From: Mytilus edulis
Lineage: Eukaryota
NCBI RefSeq assembly: GCF_963676685.1
Contig: NC_092344.1
Coordinates: 98,642,001-98,706,000 of the forward strand
Direction: 5' to 3'
Length of the DNA stretch: 64,000 nucleotides
This document shows, piece by piece, positions 1 to 14,000 of the stretch; the stretch's first letter is position 1; every line of letters begins with the position of its first letter. The translations under genes were made by a program, and so were the position numbers. The notes beneath the pieces were generated by a model, which saw nothing but the letters and a program-made list of their open reading frames with translations, did not search any database and had not been told where the DNA came from.

Positions 1-629
1 TATCCTGAGAGACAAGAAGATACAGACAGTCCTAACAAACCACAACGGTGAAATCACATTAACTCTATAAAGTTCTAAGAACATACAGTGAAATCACATT
101 AACCGAACTTCATTATAAAGTTCTAAGAACATGTATTGAAAATTTTTTTTGTAAAGAAGCAAGATTTTGTTTTATTAAAGCTGTATATTTATAATTTAAA
201 TTGGAATTGTATATTTTCTTGTATTGTAAAGCGCACTGTGCTTGTTTTCTTTTCACTTTGTAAATGAATTTCTCTGTAAATTTCTAAGGTTTAATCTTAA
301 ATGCAAAGGCGAGAACCGATAATTCCAAAAAACTACTGCAATATTCATTGTTAATAATGTATGCCAATACCATAATGATCACAACTTTGTACATAGTCCA
401 TAGATATATGTAATCATTGTATTAAAGTGTTAATAGTGTAGATTATGTTTCCATATGAAGGTCAACATGACTGAATCAAGAATCACATTCATTAGTTTTT
501 GTTGTTACTACATTCTTGTCAATTAAAAAAAAGAAAATTCTAAATTATTGTTTTGTGTTATTACTTTGTTGAAAGGGAGAAGACTCTCCAGTGTCTGTTT
601 CTTTTATTAGATGAATAGTCTATTTTACA

Positions 630-1749
630 CCTGTCGCCAGTCAGGAGCATCTGGCCTTTAGTATTATGTACATTTTTGTCGAGCCTTCGACATTAGTCGA
701 AAAAGCGAGACTAAGCGATCCTACATGGTGTCGTCGGCGGCGGCGGCGGCGTCCACAAATATTCACTCTGTGGTTAAAGTTTTTGAAATTTTAATAACTT
801 TCTTAAACTGTACTGAATTTCTACCAAACTTGGACAGAAGCTTGTTTATGATCATAAGAAAGTATCCAGAAGTAAATTTTGTAAAAATAAAATTCCATTA
901 TTTCCGTATTTTACTTATAAATGGACTTAGTTTTTCTGCAAGGAAACATTACATTCACTCTGTGGTTAAAGTTTTTAAAATTTTAATAACTTTCATAAAC
1001 TATCCTTGATTTGTACCAAACTTGGACAGAAGCTTGTTTCTGATCATAAGATAGTATCAAGAAGAAAATTTTTATAAAAATAAATTTCCACTTTTCCGTA
1101 TTTTACCTATAAATGGACTTAGTTATTTTGCTAGAAACAAAACATTCACTCTGTGGTTTAAGTTTTTAAAACTTTTATAATGTTCTTAAACTATCCTTGA
1201 TTTCTACCAAACTTAGACAAAAGCTTGTTTCTGATCATAAGATATTATTCAGAAGTAAATTTAAAAAAAAAAAAAATCACTTTTCCCGTATTTTACTTAT
1301 AAATGGACGTAGTTTTTCTTCCAGTTAACATTACATACAGTTTGCAGTTAAAGTTTATAAAACATTTATTAGATTAATAAAGTATCCTGGATTTTTTACC
1401 AAACTTGGAAGCTTCTTTCAATCAAAAGACAGTATCGAGAGGGAAATTTTTGTTGATGTTTTTCCTCATTTTTGTTGAGTCTGCGATTTATAGCAAAAGT
1501 AGGCGAGACACTGGGTTCCGTGGAACCCTTACAAATTTTTTCAATTCTTGTTCATTTATTTGTTTCGCTGTTTATTGTGACGTCCATTTTCACTGAACTA
1601 GTACATATTTTTGTTTAGGGGCCAGCTGAGCCTGCCTCCAGGTGTGAGATTTTCTCACTGTGTATAAGACTCATGGGTGACCTTGGGCTGTTTTCTTTGG
1701 TCTGGTTGTTGTTTCTGACACATTCCCCATTTCCATTCTCAATTTTATT
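630..1749 (+). repeat. Copy of a dispersed retroelement-like repeat, interrupted by the 676-1535 element
   Basis: 630-675 plus 1540-1749 align collinearly with 7188-7449 (gtcaggagc.tctggccttt...ggggccagctga...cacattccccatttccattctcaatttta). Confidence 0.75.
676..1535 (+). mobile_element. Helentron/HINE-like non-autonomous element with ~191-bp internal tandem array
   Basis: T-run insertion site; 5' GTCGAGCCT vs 3' AGGCGAGAC subterminal IR; (GGC)n microsatellite; repeat units starting 761, 953, 1144, ~1334; 3' hairpin GGGTTCC-gt-GGAACCC. Confidence 0.7.
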
Positions 1750-2055
1750 ATCTTAAAGATTATGTTCATCATTTTATCACATTTTTCTTCCAACCACATC
1801 CTTTAAACAAGTAACCTTCAATAATGAGCCTTCCATGCTGTTGTGATATAATTAAATCCATTTAGATAAAAGAAATATGTGATTGACTGTTAACCATTTA
1901 ATGTTATTGGTCTTAGACATGTGGCTTCTTGTGGTGTCATCAACAATGTTTTATTTTGTGTTTAGGTTAGTGTTAGTGGATTCATTAGTGGTAAGCTTAT
2001 GATATTTGGTATGCAGTTGTATTACCATTGGCATAACTCATTGCCCTGGAGATTT

Positions 2056-2797
2056 ATATGCCCCACCTACGATAGTAGAGGGGCAGTTTGTTCAGGTTAA
2101 AGTTTTTGGTCAAGGTAGTTTTTGTTGAAGCTGAAGTCTAATCAACTTGAAACTTAGTACACTTGTTGCTTATGATATGATCTTTCTAATTTTAAAGCCA
2201 AATTAGACTTTTGACCCCAATTTCACGGTCCACTAAACATAGAAAATGAAAGTGGGAGTTTCAGATTAAAGTTTTTGGTCAAGGTAGTTTTTGATGAAGC
2301 TGAAGTCCAATCAACTTGAAACTTATTACACTTGTTGCTTATGATATGATCTTTCTAATTTTAAAGCCAAATTAGACTTTTGACCCCAATTTCACGGTCC
2401 ACTGAACATAGAAAATGAAAGTGGGAGTTTCAGGTTAAAGTTTTTGGTCAAGGTAGTTTTTGATGAAACTGAATTTCAATCAACTTGAAACTTAGTACAC
2501 TTGTTGCTTATGATATGATCTTTCTAATTTTAAAGCCAAATTAGACTTTTGACCCCAATTTCACGGTCCACTAAACATAGAAAATGAAAGTGGGAGTTTC
2601 AGGTTAAAGTTTTTGGTCAAGGTAGTTTTTGATAAAATTGAAGTCCAATCAACTTGAAACTTAGTACATATGTTCCCTATAGTATAATCTTCCTAATTTT
2701 AATGCCAAATTAGATTATTACCCAATTTTACGGTCCATGGAACATTGAAAAGGATAGTGCGAGTGGGGCATCCATGTACTTTGGACACATTCTTGTT
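2056..2797 (+). mobile_element. HINE-like element with 4 x 169-bp tandem units
   Basis: Subterminal IR ATGCCCCAC / GTGGGGCAT; units start at 2091, 2260, 2429, 2598; ends ...ttcttgtt. Confidence 0.75.
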
Positions 2798-4195
2798 AGG
2801 CTAGTAATGATAAATTTAGTGTCATTTTATGTGTAGTTGTATAAGAATTTGCATGTCTCATTTACATATGCCTTGTAAGCAAATTCTTACAGTCAGTCAG
2901 AAATATGGGGCAATATGTGTAATTGTTTCTCCATAGGCGGTAATGATAATGTTTTATTCTATAGCTCAGTCCGTATCTTAAACTTGGATAAGTATGATGA
3001 CTTGTTTCGAAGCTGAGACATTTTCACATATGTGGTTAAATTTGGTTAAATTTTCAGGGTACGAAATTTGATTCATTTTTCCATAAATAAGCTTACCAGA
3101 AAAATCCTTTGTGATGCTGCTCTTCATGGTAATAATCCCATTTTTCACACAATAAGTTCTTTGAAAATTTAATACTTTGAATACATTTAATAACTCCATT
3201 GTTTTTACACATTTATTCTATGGTCCTATACTTTCTGAATCAACACAAATGGACAAGTTAAGTCACTTGTAAAAAATAGAAGACATGTCCAATATCATTA
3301 CAGAAATATTTTGTTTACACACAACTTTCGTTTTCTCAATTGGAGGCGCAATAGGGATATTGACCCATATATTGATGTAAATTTTACAAAGTTTTAGAAA
3401 ACCAACTAAGAATGTAAATATAAGAATATTATTCTAGTTCTTGAATGATTTAATATTTTTGCTCTCAAATTTTATGTTGAGGTACTGTGTATTTTATGTC
3501 TACATCTGCAAGGTTGGAAATTTTAATGATATTGAACCTTTGACTTGCATGCTTGAGTTTGTGAGTAATGGTCAGTCAATGATACTAAGTATGCAGTTAT
3601 ATAAGAATTGAAATCTCACATTTCCACCCCCTTAATCATGTTTAATTAACTGAATTGTTTTAGGCCATAGTTGTTTGCACTATGCGTATAGTAATCTGCT
3701 TTTCTGTTTGTGATTTAGTCCATGCACGTGTCTGAACCTATTTTAACTTGGTCACCGATGTGTATTGGTACAAAATTGTTTCCACTCTCTTACTATCAAA
3801 CCCATTGGGGTTTGGTAATTAAACCTGGCAGAATTTATGCCAAGAGGTGCTGTATACGAGAGAAAAATATAATGCATTGAAAAGTGGTGGAAGAATGTCA
3901 AGGGGACATTTAAAAGTTTTAGATTGAAGAAAAACTGATAATGTGATGGTAAAAATACAAAGAATAAGTCAACAATATACTAGAAGAAAAATACAGACTA
4001 AGCAACAAGACCCAATCATGAACTCTGGTGTTTCGGAAGAATTAAAAATGTGTTGTGATCAGGTTAAATTCTATAATTCTATACATTGTAACAATAGTTT
4101 ATGATTATTGCAAAGTGATAGTCTGACCTTTAGATTTCTAAAAATAAAAATAAGATGTTAAGTATGGTATATTGTTGGCTATTGTCATTTATTAT

Positions 4196-4790
4196 AATAA
4201 AATTGAGAATGGAAAAGGGGATCGTGTTTACAAGACAACAACCCAATGAAAGAGCAGAAAACAGCCAGGGCCACTATTGGGTCTTCAACACAGCAAGGAC
4301 CCACATCCAGAGGCAGGCTTCAGATGTCCAATTTATAAAAATGTGTACTAGGTCAGCTTATTGACTTTCACACGTACAAGACTAACAAAGGCCAGAGGCT
4401 TCTGACCTACGACAGGTGCAAAAAAAAGTGTACAGGTAAAACACATTTTGTTAGATCTCAAACCTCCCTGGTACCTCTAGCCAATGTAGAATAAACACAC
4501 AGGATACACACAGTAAAACTCAGTTCAGAAGATGTCAGAGTAGGATGTAAGAATAGGTAACGGAAGAAACGAAACAAAATGACAATCATACATATGTTAA
4601 CTAAGAACAACTAGCAGTGCCAGTCTCAGACCTTAATTGAAATTATTGATTGATTATGTCTTCATCACATGAAAATCAAGACTTATTAGTGGTCTAGAAT
4701 CTTACCATCATGAAATGTAGGAGAAAAACATAACATATATCATGCCAACAACTGGTTTTAGAATTAATGTGTTTTTTTCCGATGCAAAGA
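4196..4790 (-). repeat. Diverged inverted copy of the 6687-7449 repeat family
   Basis: Begins aataaaattgagaatggaaa, the reverse complement of the family terminus, and stays collinear through catgccaacaactggttttagaat. Confidence 0.7.
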
Positions 4791-4830
4791 TTTAATTGGA
4801 GTATATAAATACTAACTAAAGGTAACAGTA

Positions 4831-5246
4831 TTTTTATGCCCCACCTACGATAGTAGAGGGGCATAATGTTTTCTGGTCTGTGGGTTCGTTCTTCCGTCAG
4901 TTTGTCCCACTTCAGGTTAAAAAAATTTGGTCAAGGTAGTTTCTGATGAAGTTGAAGTCCAATCAACTTGAAACTTAGTATGCATGTTCCCTATGATATG
5001 ATCTTTCTAATTTAAATGCCAAATTAGAATTTTGACCCCTATTTCATGGTCCACTGAACAAAAAAATAAAAGTGCAATTTTCAGGTTAAAGTTTTTGGTC
5101 AAGGTAGTTTTTGATGAAGTTGAAGTCCAATCAACTTGAAACTAAGTATACAGATTTCCTATGATATGATCTTTCTAATTTAAATGCCAAATTAGATTTT
5201 TGACTCCTTTTTCACAGTCCACTGAACATAGACAATGATAGTGCGA
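4831..5246 (+). mobile_element. Second, 3'-truncated copy of the 2056-2797 HINE family (2 units)
   Basis: Identical head atgccccacctacgatagtagaggggca and the same ~169-bp unit. Confidence 0.75.
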
Positions 5247-5318
5247 TCTGTGTATATTGTTGTTTATTTTATAATCACCATGGGTGTGAAAGAATGTCAA
5301 GGCCATTGTTTAAACATA

Positions 5319-6649
5319 AACAAGAGTGCTCACACTGGAATGTCTAGCCTACTTTATTATACACCACGCAACAGGTTGCGGAGGGTATAATGTTTTTTGA
5401 CCCGTCCATCCGTCTGTCAGTCCTGTTTCTTGTCATCGCAACTCCTCTCAAACCACACAACAGAATTTCACGAAACCTTTTCAGATAATAAGGACATACT
5501 ATTTAGTTGTGCATATCGACGGGAAATTGCGATTCAATTTTTTTTCTAGGAGTTACGCCCCTTTGAACTTATTTACTTTAATGTACTACTGCAACAGTTT
5601 GTCATCGCAACTCCTCTCAAACCACACAACAGAATTTCACGAAACCTTTTCAGATAATAAGGACATACTATGTAGTTGTGCATATCGACGGGAAATTGTG
5701 ATTCAATTTTTTTTCTAGGAGTTACGCCCCTTTGAACTTATTTACTTTAATGTACTACTGCAAGTTTGTCATCGCAACTCCTCTCAAACCACACAACAGA
5801 ATTTCACGAAACCTTTTCAGATAATAAAGACATACTATGTAGTTGTGCATATCGACGGGGAAGTGAGATTTTGTTTCTCCAGTGACAATATGAAGACGTG
5901 GGGTATGTGAGCGTGTTCACAAAGGTTCTTTAATTTCCATTGATTTTATGTTGATTGCCCTAAAACAGCTATCACATAAACTTAACAAGAAAATGAGGTC
6001 ATGTCAGATAAACCAAACTGGAAATACATTTACATCATACAATCATTCCATACACCAAATATGTGTTAAAAACAGTTGACCTTTTGCACATTGTATTTAA
6101 AAAAACGAACTTAACCAGGAAAAACTTTACATTGATTAATGAACCATGAAAATGAGGTCTAGGTCAAATGAACCCTGCCAGAGAGACATTACACCTTACA
6201 ATCATTCCATTCACCAAATATAGTAGACATATTGCTTATAGTATCTGAGACTAGACCACGAAAACTGAACCTTGTTCACCAATTCATGAAATAAGGTTGA
6301 AGTCAAGTGAAAACTGTTTGACAGACATGAAGACCTTGCAAGGAAGGCACAAACCAAATAAAGTTTTTCTTTTACTTGTTACAAGAGACTAATTAAAAAT
6401 ACTAAAATTATTAACTTTTTTTTCAAGTATCAGTAGTCACTGAACAATGAAAATGAGGTCAGGAACAATAGACATTTGACAAACTGAAACTCTATTACAT
6501 ACCAGTAAGGCATCTATATACAAAGTATGAAGTATCCAGGTCTTCTACCTCGTGAAATAGTAAGTTTTTAAGAAGTTTGAAAACACTAATGCTGGCTCTC
6601 TATTCCTTTGTCGATCTTTTTGCAAAAGAAGTCACAAGCTCAACAAAAT
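5319..6649 (-). mobile_element. Degenerate minus-strand HINE-like element hosting the 5354-5932 insertion
   Basis: The reverse complement of 6615-6649 resembles the 676 head (ttttgttgagc..gac). Internal degenerate repeats (aaaatgaggtc at ~5990, 6150, 6450). An aacaagag terminus at 5319. Confidence 0.5.
5354..5932 (+). mobile_element. HINE-like element with 3 x ~168-bp units, nested in an older element
   Basis: Head tataCaCCACG / tail CGTGGGGTAT; ccgtc-type microsatellite; units start at 5431, 5600, 5767; 3' hairpin GTGAGC..GTTCAC. Confidence 0.7.
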
Positions 6650-6686
6650 TGTGTCACAGATGCATTACACCTATCTTTAAGAATAT

Positions 6687-7449
6687 ATTTACAAAACCTT
6701 TGAATAGACTTATTAAGAAGAGATATAATTACGATACTGTTGTCAAGTCATTAAAGATTGCATATTTTGGCGTTAATATTGAGTCACTGATAAGTTCTTT
6801 GCATCGGAAATAACACATTTATTCTAAAAACAGTTGTTGGCATGACACGGGTTATGTTCTTCTCATATATGTTATGATGGTATGATACTAAACCCCTAAC
6901 GGTAAGGATTGTGCCTGATGTTCATATGATGAAATCATAATCTTTCAGTCAGTTTAATTGAAGTCTGGAGCTGGCATGTCAGTTAACTGTTAGTAGTCTG
7001 TTGTTATTTATGTATTATTGTCATTTTGTTTATTTTCTTTGGTTACATCTTCTGACATCAGACTCGGACTTCTCTTGAACTGAATTTTAATGTGCGTATT
7101 GTTATGCATTTACTTTTCTACATTGGTTAGAGGTATAGGGGAGGGTTGAGATCTCACAAACATGTTTAACCCCGCCGCATTTTTGCGCCTGTCCCAAGTC
7201 AGGAGCCTCTGGCCTTTGTTAGTCTTGTATTATTTTAATTTTAGTTTCTTGTGTACAATTTGGAAATTAGTATGGCGTTCATTATCACTGAACTAGTATA
7301 TATTTGTTTAGGGGCCAGCTGAAGGAGGCCTCCGGGTGCGGGAATTTCTTGCTACATTGAAGACCTGTTGGTGACCCTCTGCTGTTGTTTTTTATTTGGT
7401 CGGGTTGTTGTCTCTTTGACACATTCCCCATTTCCATTCTCAATTTTAT
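6687..7449 (+). mobile_element. 5'-truncated retroelement-like copy with an ORF C-terminal remnant (FTKPLNRLIKKRYNYDTVVKSLKIAYFGVNIESLISSLHRK*) and long 3' region
   Basis: Longest of at least 6 copies in the window that share one terminus (also 630-1749, 4196-4790, ~16062-16081, ~23220-23470, ~34801-34865). The class (possibly Penelope-like) is inferred. Confidence 0.55.
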
Positions 7450-7570
7450 GTTCAGAATCCTAGATTATTTTTTTTTCAAAGCTCATATAATCATATAATG
7501 AATTATCCTTTCTTTCCAAATCACTGCCTTTGATTCAGCCTGAAAACCAACATCTTTATCTCATCTTTAG

Positions 7571-7576
7571 TTTATT
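7571..7576 (-). promoter_or_regulatory. Candidate IQUB polyadenylation signal (AATAAA)
   Basis: Minus-strand AATAAA ~500 nt past the IQUB stop; weak evidence in AT-rich DNA. Confidence 0.3.
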
Positions 7577-8078
7577 CAAGAGCTAACAAAAACAGTAAAT
7601 ATATTTATCATAATTCATTTAATTGTATATACTTGTACAGCTAAAACTTAATATCACAGTCATTTTCATCCACCCTCTCTTTTGGTTAAAAATCTATTAT
7701 AAAATCTCTTTACAATAAAAATTTACAATAAGAATTCATTATTATACGTCAAATTTCTATTTTTAAAAGTCATTTTAACTCAATGTTTCACATTTAAAAT
7801 ATCTTATGGAGACAATATTTCTGGGTTACACTTTTGTCAAGTGATAACAACATCACCATACGTTTTAAGAATTATCTTGAGAGAATCACAGATTAATAAA
7901 TAGCACAGTTCATTTCAAGTTAACTTTATAAATAAATGCATTCATTCCTACAGACACATCCTTCATAAAAATGGTCAAACAAGTTGCTATAGTATTTGAC
8001 AACTTTTTCTGTGATGAAATTTGTCTGATTTTGTACATCTCCATTCTGATCTCATGAGGCTGTTTTCATAAGAGGTCC

Positions 8079-11000
8079 TTAAGCCCTTGATTGTACGGGA
8101 ACTGGTTGACCTGCTACTGAGGGGCCTGATATCATTGATTTTTCATTGGCTTTTTCTCTGACATGTTCTGCCATACCAGGCAGTCTGGAGAAGTAGTTCC
8201 TGGCCAGTGTATGTTTCTGTTTAACCTTCTGCATGAAAACTTGACCGTAACCCTGTAAGGATAAATGATTGTTTTAAACATGAATGTTACACAAATTAAA
8301 AAAAAATCTAATTTTGAAAACATTTAATTTGATACAACATCTTATAACCAATCCCAATCAAAGTGTTCAAAAGAAAAAAAAATTCAATTAATGCATTAAA
8401 TGTTATAGATTGTCATTGTTACAATATGATTTTCATGGCAATAATATTTATGGAAAAAGAGTTATGAAAAAAGAGACAATAATCAGGAAATTAACAACTA
8501 AATGAAGTTTACATATTGTCCTCCAGCTTTTCCTGTATGGATGTAATTTTTGATGGAAAGTTTATGATTCAAGTCAAGTTTATAAATGACCAAAGAATCA
8601 GGTCCATGATAATATTTGATGTACATCTTTTTGTTTTGAATATATGAAAATATTCCAAAGTCAAACCAAATATATGCAGTAAATTGAGTAATGATTATGG
8701 ATTTAGAACATTAACAGAAATAATTATTTGTTTACCTCTTCCAGATCGACAAGTTTAACATGTGATGCAGCTTCATCCTTGGTCAGTAAGATACAGTTCC
8801 ATGGTGACCATTCTTGGTGTTTGTCCCAGCGGACAAATGTTAAATCATACAGATCTTCCCATGCACTGAGTATACTCTGACCACTCCAAATCTTCTCCAC
8901 TAAATAACGTAAGTCTTGCTCCTGTGAAACAAAAAAACACATTAAAAAATATCAACATCTATAACTGTTTGCCAAAGACAGTTTTGAGAACATTAAAACT
9001 GTTCTAAATGATCAAAAAATTTGCTGCTTTTGAACATTTGAAGGTGTATTTCTTTTTGCAAAACACCGACTATCCTATGAGACATAAAAAAAAACCAATA
9101 GTGACAGATAGGTGCAAATAAACATCCTAACAAAAATTATGTAGATTCATGTATGTGATAAAAGTTCTCCAGTGCTATAGTTTTCAAAATCAAGTTGCAT
9201 TTTGATTAAAATAGATAACTGCCAACATGCACATTAAAACTAATGATCATCACTGCTGCAATGTGCAAAAAACTTGTTCATTTTGAATTTGTCAGGTATT
9301 TTTGCATATTTTCTGGTCACATTTATGTATCAATTGCCAGATAAAAATTGCATGGTAATTTCCAGTCAGTTTTAAACTATCTTTTAAGTGACATTTTCAG
9401 TTTTACATTGTTCAATAAAGGGAGATAATTATAAGTGTATACTGATTTAACTTCAATTACCTGTAGCAAGAAAGCAATCTTTGAACCATCTTTGAAGCCT
9501 TCTTCAGATTTACGTAGAGATTTGAGCATATGTTGGAATGTACTGAAGTCTTGTCTGGTTCTAGCATCATTGTCAATCTTGGAACATCTCCTACATTTAC
9601 CAACAGTTCGGGAATTGGATGACAAGGCAAAGTCAGTGGAAGGCAGATACTGGTTACAACTTGGACAGAAGTAAATGTTCTTTCGTAGGACTGATGGATC
9701 TTGTGGAACCTGGTAATATAAACAATTTTAATTTACGAAATGTGCTTAACCAAAATCTTTCGACTTTTCACAATATTTTCATTATTATTTTTTATTTATT
9801 TTATGATTTTGCTTTTAAATATATTCCATAATGGTGAAAAGATGTATGAAGAATTGACAGAAAAATAAATTCATAGTTCTATAAAGAATGGATACATATG
9901 TAATTTTTTTAAAAGACAATAAACACTCACTTTAAGAAGTTTGGCAGCTTCTGGATTGAAGGTTGGTGTTTTAATATATTGGAGGAAAAGTGTAGAAATT
10001 CTTTTTCTAAGTCCGTCTAAGTTGTTTTCTCGAACTCCTCTCATTAACAAATCTGCTTCTCTGTCTATTAGTTCTATGATTTCCTGAGTTAACTTACAGT
10101 CATGTTCCTGAAAGCAACAATACCTCTGTTATTCTCTAGAAATCAAAACATTACTTAGTACACTAGCATTTTTTTTGTAATTAGCAGTAGTTTTAAAACT
10201 TTCTGCTAATCAATCATTTCTAACTAGTAAAATTATTGTCAGATTTATTCAAAGTACCATTTTATATTTCACATCTTGGATTTTTATAAAGTTCATTTAG
10301 GTTATTTAGGTCAAATGTGCTCAAATGAAATGAGAATGGTTTTTTTACAAAGATGGGACATAACTCTGTTTCAAAAAAATTGACTTAAGATTTTTGGCCA
10401 AATACACTTCAACATTGCCTATAAAAACATTGCTATGTTAATGACATCATTTCAAATCTTTAATACAAAAACAATGATACAACATGAGCTTATTTAAGTT
10501 TTGATTACTTTGTCATACGTAGCTGCACTCACTTCTTCCAATAATAACTGTGTTGTACACAATTATAATGAATTACTTTACAAATTATACACTTCAGTAT
10601 ACATTGTATTTAAAAAACAGTTTTGTTACATAATTATACTTTACCTTGACAGTATGTTTGAGAGTTAATAAAACATCTAATCTTTCATCCTGTGTCAGAT
10701 ACTTCATATTGATACTGTTGTATATATCCTGTAGTTCTTTGGCTCGTATCGTGTAGGGTGTGTCCATTTCTGTACTTTTACCATCAAATCCCTTCCACTT
10801 CTTTGGTGCGGCTGCCTATAATTTGATTAAAAATTACAAAGATATCTGTTATGTACTCAAAATTCCCTATACATAAATGTCCATGATTGATAATTAATAT
10901 AATATTTTACAACTGGGTGTTTCATTGCTCTTGTCTTCTGCATTTGTTTTTATACATAAGTATTGCATTTTGGGTTATGTATAATATTTCCACATTTAGA

Positions 11001-14000
11001 TTCTGAACTTTTTTATATGTTATTCTGTTGTACAATATTTGTATGGATCTAAGCGGCAAGTTTAATAGTGATATATAATAACTTACTTTGCTAAGAAATT
11101 GCTGTATTCTTTTATCTTTATTTTCAGTATCAGCTTCTATTTTATGTCGACCAATTGCAGATATTAATTGGGTTTCTTGGTCTAATAACATACAGAGAGC
11201 AGCTTTACGTTCAGCGCCATCAGCTGTCTGGTTTATTCTTTCCATTTCCTCTACTCGCCATTCTAAAAATGGAAAACAAGTTTCAGGTAAAAATATATAT
11301 ATTTAGAATGATATTTCAATCAAAATTCAGTAGACTTGTGAAGGCCTTTCAAAAGTTCTAATTAATTTCTGATTAAGGTACAAATGTTCAATCTGGATTT
11401 TACTGAAAATTGCAACTTGAGGCAGAAAAGGAATTTATTTGTGAAACTTTTCAGTCAAGAATACTTAATTCATATTTAAAACATTATACACACAATTTTC
11501 AAAAAAACCCAATGATCGATTCCACAAAGTAGGAACATAAGTAAAGTACAGTTAGTTTTGTTGAGAATTTGCTACCAATGGTGAAGATATTCAGTCAGAA
11601 AACTACTTTTTTTTGTAAAATTAAAATCTTGTTGACACAATGTTGCAATGAAAGTCTTATTATCATACACAAATGAAATTTCTGACGACTTACTCTCTAA
11701 TGCATGATACAACAGATCAAAGTCTTCTTTTGACTTGGGATTCATTCTTCTTTCAAATTCTTTTCTAATTCTATCCTCTTTTTCTTTTTTCTTTCTAATT
11801 TCTTCTTGTTTCTCAAATTCTTCTCTGTCTTTTTTGTCGTCTTTTAATTTTGTCACATATCTCTTTGCTAACCATCTTCGGTAATATTTTTGAATAAGTA
11901 TAATCTGAAAATAAGATTAAAATACAATGAGCAACTGACCCAATGTGTGTAGACTTTATTATAGTCAGAAAAATTACATTGGTATAAAACTAGGTATCGC
12001 AAAGTTCACCTCATATTTGTAACTAGATATTTAACTTATTGTATGGACTAAAAGGTTTTTGTAATTTATTTCAAATAACGAATTTTACCCTTTGTAATAT
12101 CATATTATGATGGTCATCTGCTGTTGTGTAACTTCCAGGTGTCAACAATTTGTCAGGAACATTTGACACAAATACACCTATTTTTGACATCTGTGTTGAC
12201 ATGTCGTTAGTGGTCTGTTGTACTATATGTTTCTGTTCTACAGTCTGTGTATCTCTACAGTATTTGGGGACAGTAGATGGTGGGGGTTGTTTCTTCATTG
12301 TTTGTGCTGAGGCATGATGAAATTCTATTCCACTTGTTTTATGTCTGTAACCACCAATAAATGGCTTCTTACGAGTGGCTCTCTCTATCTCAACAACAAC
12401 ATCTCTAGCTCCCTCACCATCTATATAATAAAGAAACATCAGTTTGGATTTAAATAAATAATTAAATTTAAATAAACTCATCAAATATAAGTCTATTTGG
12501 TATGTTTAGTTTACAAAAGACTTAAAGACTCAAAGATGCAAGGTACAAATTTTTGATTGTCTTATCAAGTAATTGATACAAGTAAATTGTCAATCGTATG
12601 TATCTAGAAATCTTCAACTAGAAAATAGTGTAATATAGACACTCAAAATTATATCTTTAGAATAAAAAAATCAAGTTATCTCCCTTAGTAATCCAAACAT
12701 GATTTTGATCATCAATAAATGGAGACAAATAGCAATTTTCCACCATTTCAATGTTATCCTAGATCCAGATATATTTCTAATATGGCATTAACAATAAATC
12801 CATTGATATTACATGTGTACCAAGTACTTGTAATTTTCTATCTCACATGGTTTTCAATATTTGAATAATAGTAAACTCGGCTTCAAATTGAATTACCTTC
12901 ACTGCCTTGAATTCTAACAGTAATGACATCTGGCATATGATATTCTTGTTTAGGACGATATGTTTTAATTGGTGTATTGACAGGATCTGTAGACTGGAGC
13001 TCTAACTGAATAGTTCCATTAGGGCCTACTCCTAAATCAGCTAGTGTCAAACTATCATTAGCTTGTTTCCCTAAAATGAAAATAATACACTGTTTCAAGA
13101 AATGAACATAAACTTATGAACTCTTGTAAATTGTAAAATAAAGTTTTTTTTAAACACAATTTTTTTACTTTATATATATGTACTCCATTTTTTCAGCTTT
13201 ATTATAAATTTATGCAATTTTCTAATATTATAATTGCAACCAAGATGAAAATGCCAATGTTGAAAATTTGCATTTAAATTTTATGTAATATTCTACAATA
13301 ATATGCCCAGAATTTGTAGTGACAATATGTTCACATCTTATTCTAAATTTACAGTAATTTATCAGTGACATAATTTTAAATGTAGGCAAACACTTAAAAT
13401 GGTATATTTATTCCTTACCATCAAACATCAAGTAGATCATGTTGAATTGCATCTTAAGTTCTGAAGCAAAGTGATCTTTGAGTTCTCTTAATGATTGTCC
13501 TAATGTACAGGCTAGTGTAACCACCTGGCCACTCGGCATCAAAACAATCTTCACTGAAAAACATATACATATATATATATATTAGATTACATATTAAAAA
13601 AGTATCTATATTACACAAGTTATTTAGGTTATAAAAACTGATCACAAATATTGTAATTTTCAAATAAAACTATATAATTTACTATAATACATGAAGATGA
13701 AATATTTCAACTCATTCCATGAGTTGCTTACATGTATTTCTGAATATAATACATTTTACCTTAGAGTGTTATAACTGATGAAAGATCATTAATTTCCACA
13801 TAAAAGTTTTCAGATTTCAGTGGGTGATTTATTTACCCGAAAAAAGGCCTTCATGATGTATTGTTGGATAACTGCATAAAACTTATTTGACAACTAAAAT
13901 TTCAATGCAGCGAAAAATCCATTACACAAGTTCAAGTTGAAAGTTGCTGATTAATATAAGTACTGTCACCATTATCAAATTCTACTTTTGTTTTGTTTGT

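Noticed and set aside
1-132. Possible 3' end of an upstream CDS (YPERQEDTDSPNKPQR*, 1-51) and a ~40-bp tandem duplication
   Set aside because: Too short and without upstream context to support a gene call.
725-1009. 94-aa ORF with poly-Ala
   Set aside because: Lies in a HINE; the poly-Ala is the (GGC)n microsatellite.
3885-4040. Degenerate SINE-like fragments (also ~51920-52100)
   Set aside because: Too decayed to define boundaries or Pol III boxes by eye.
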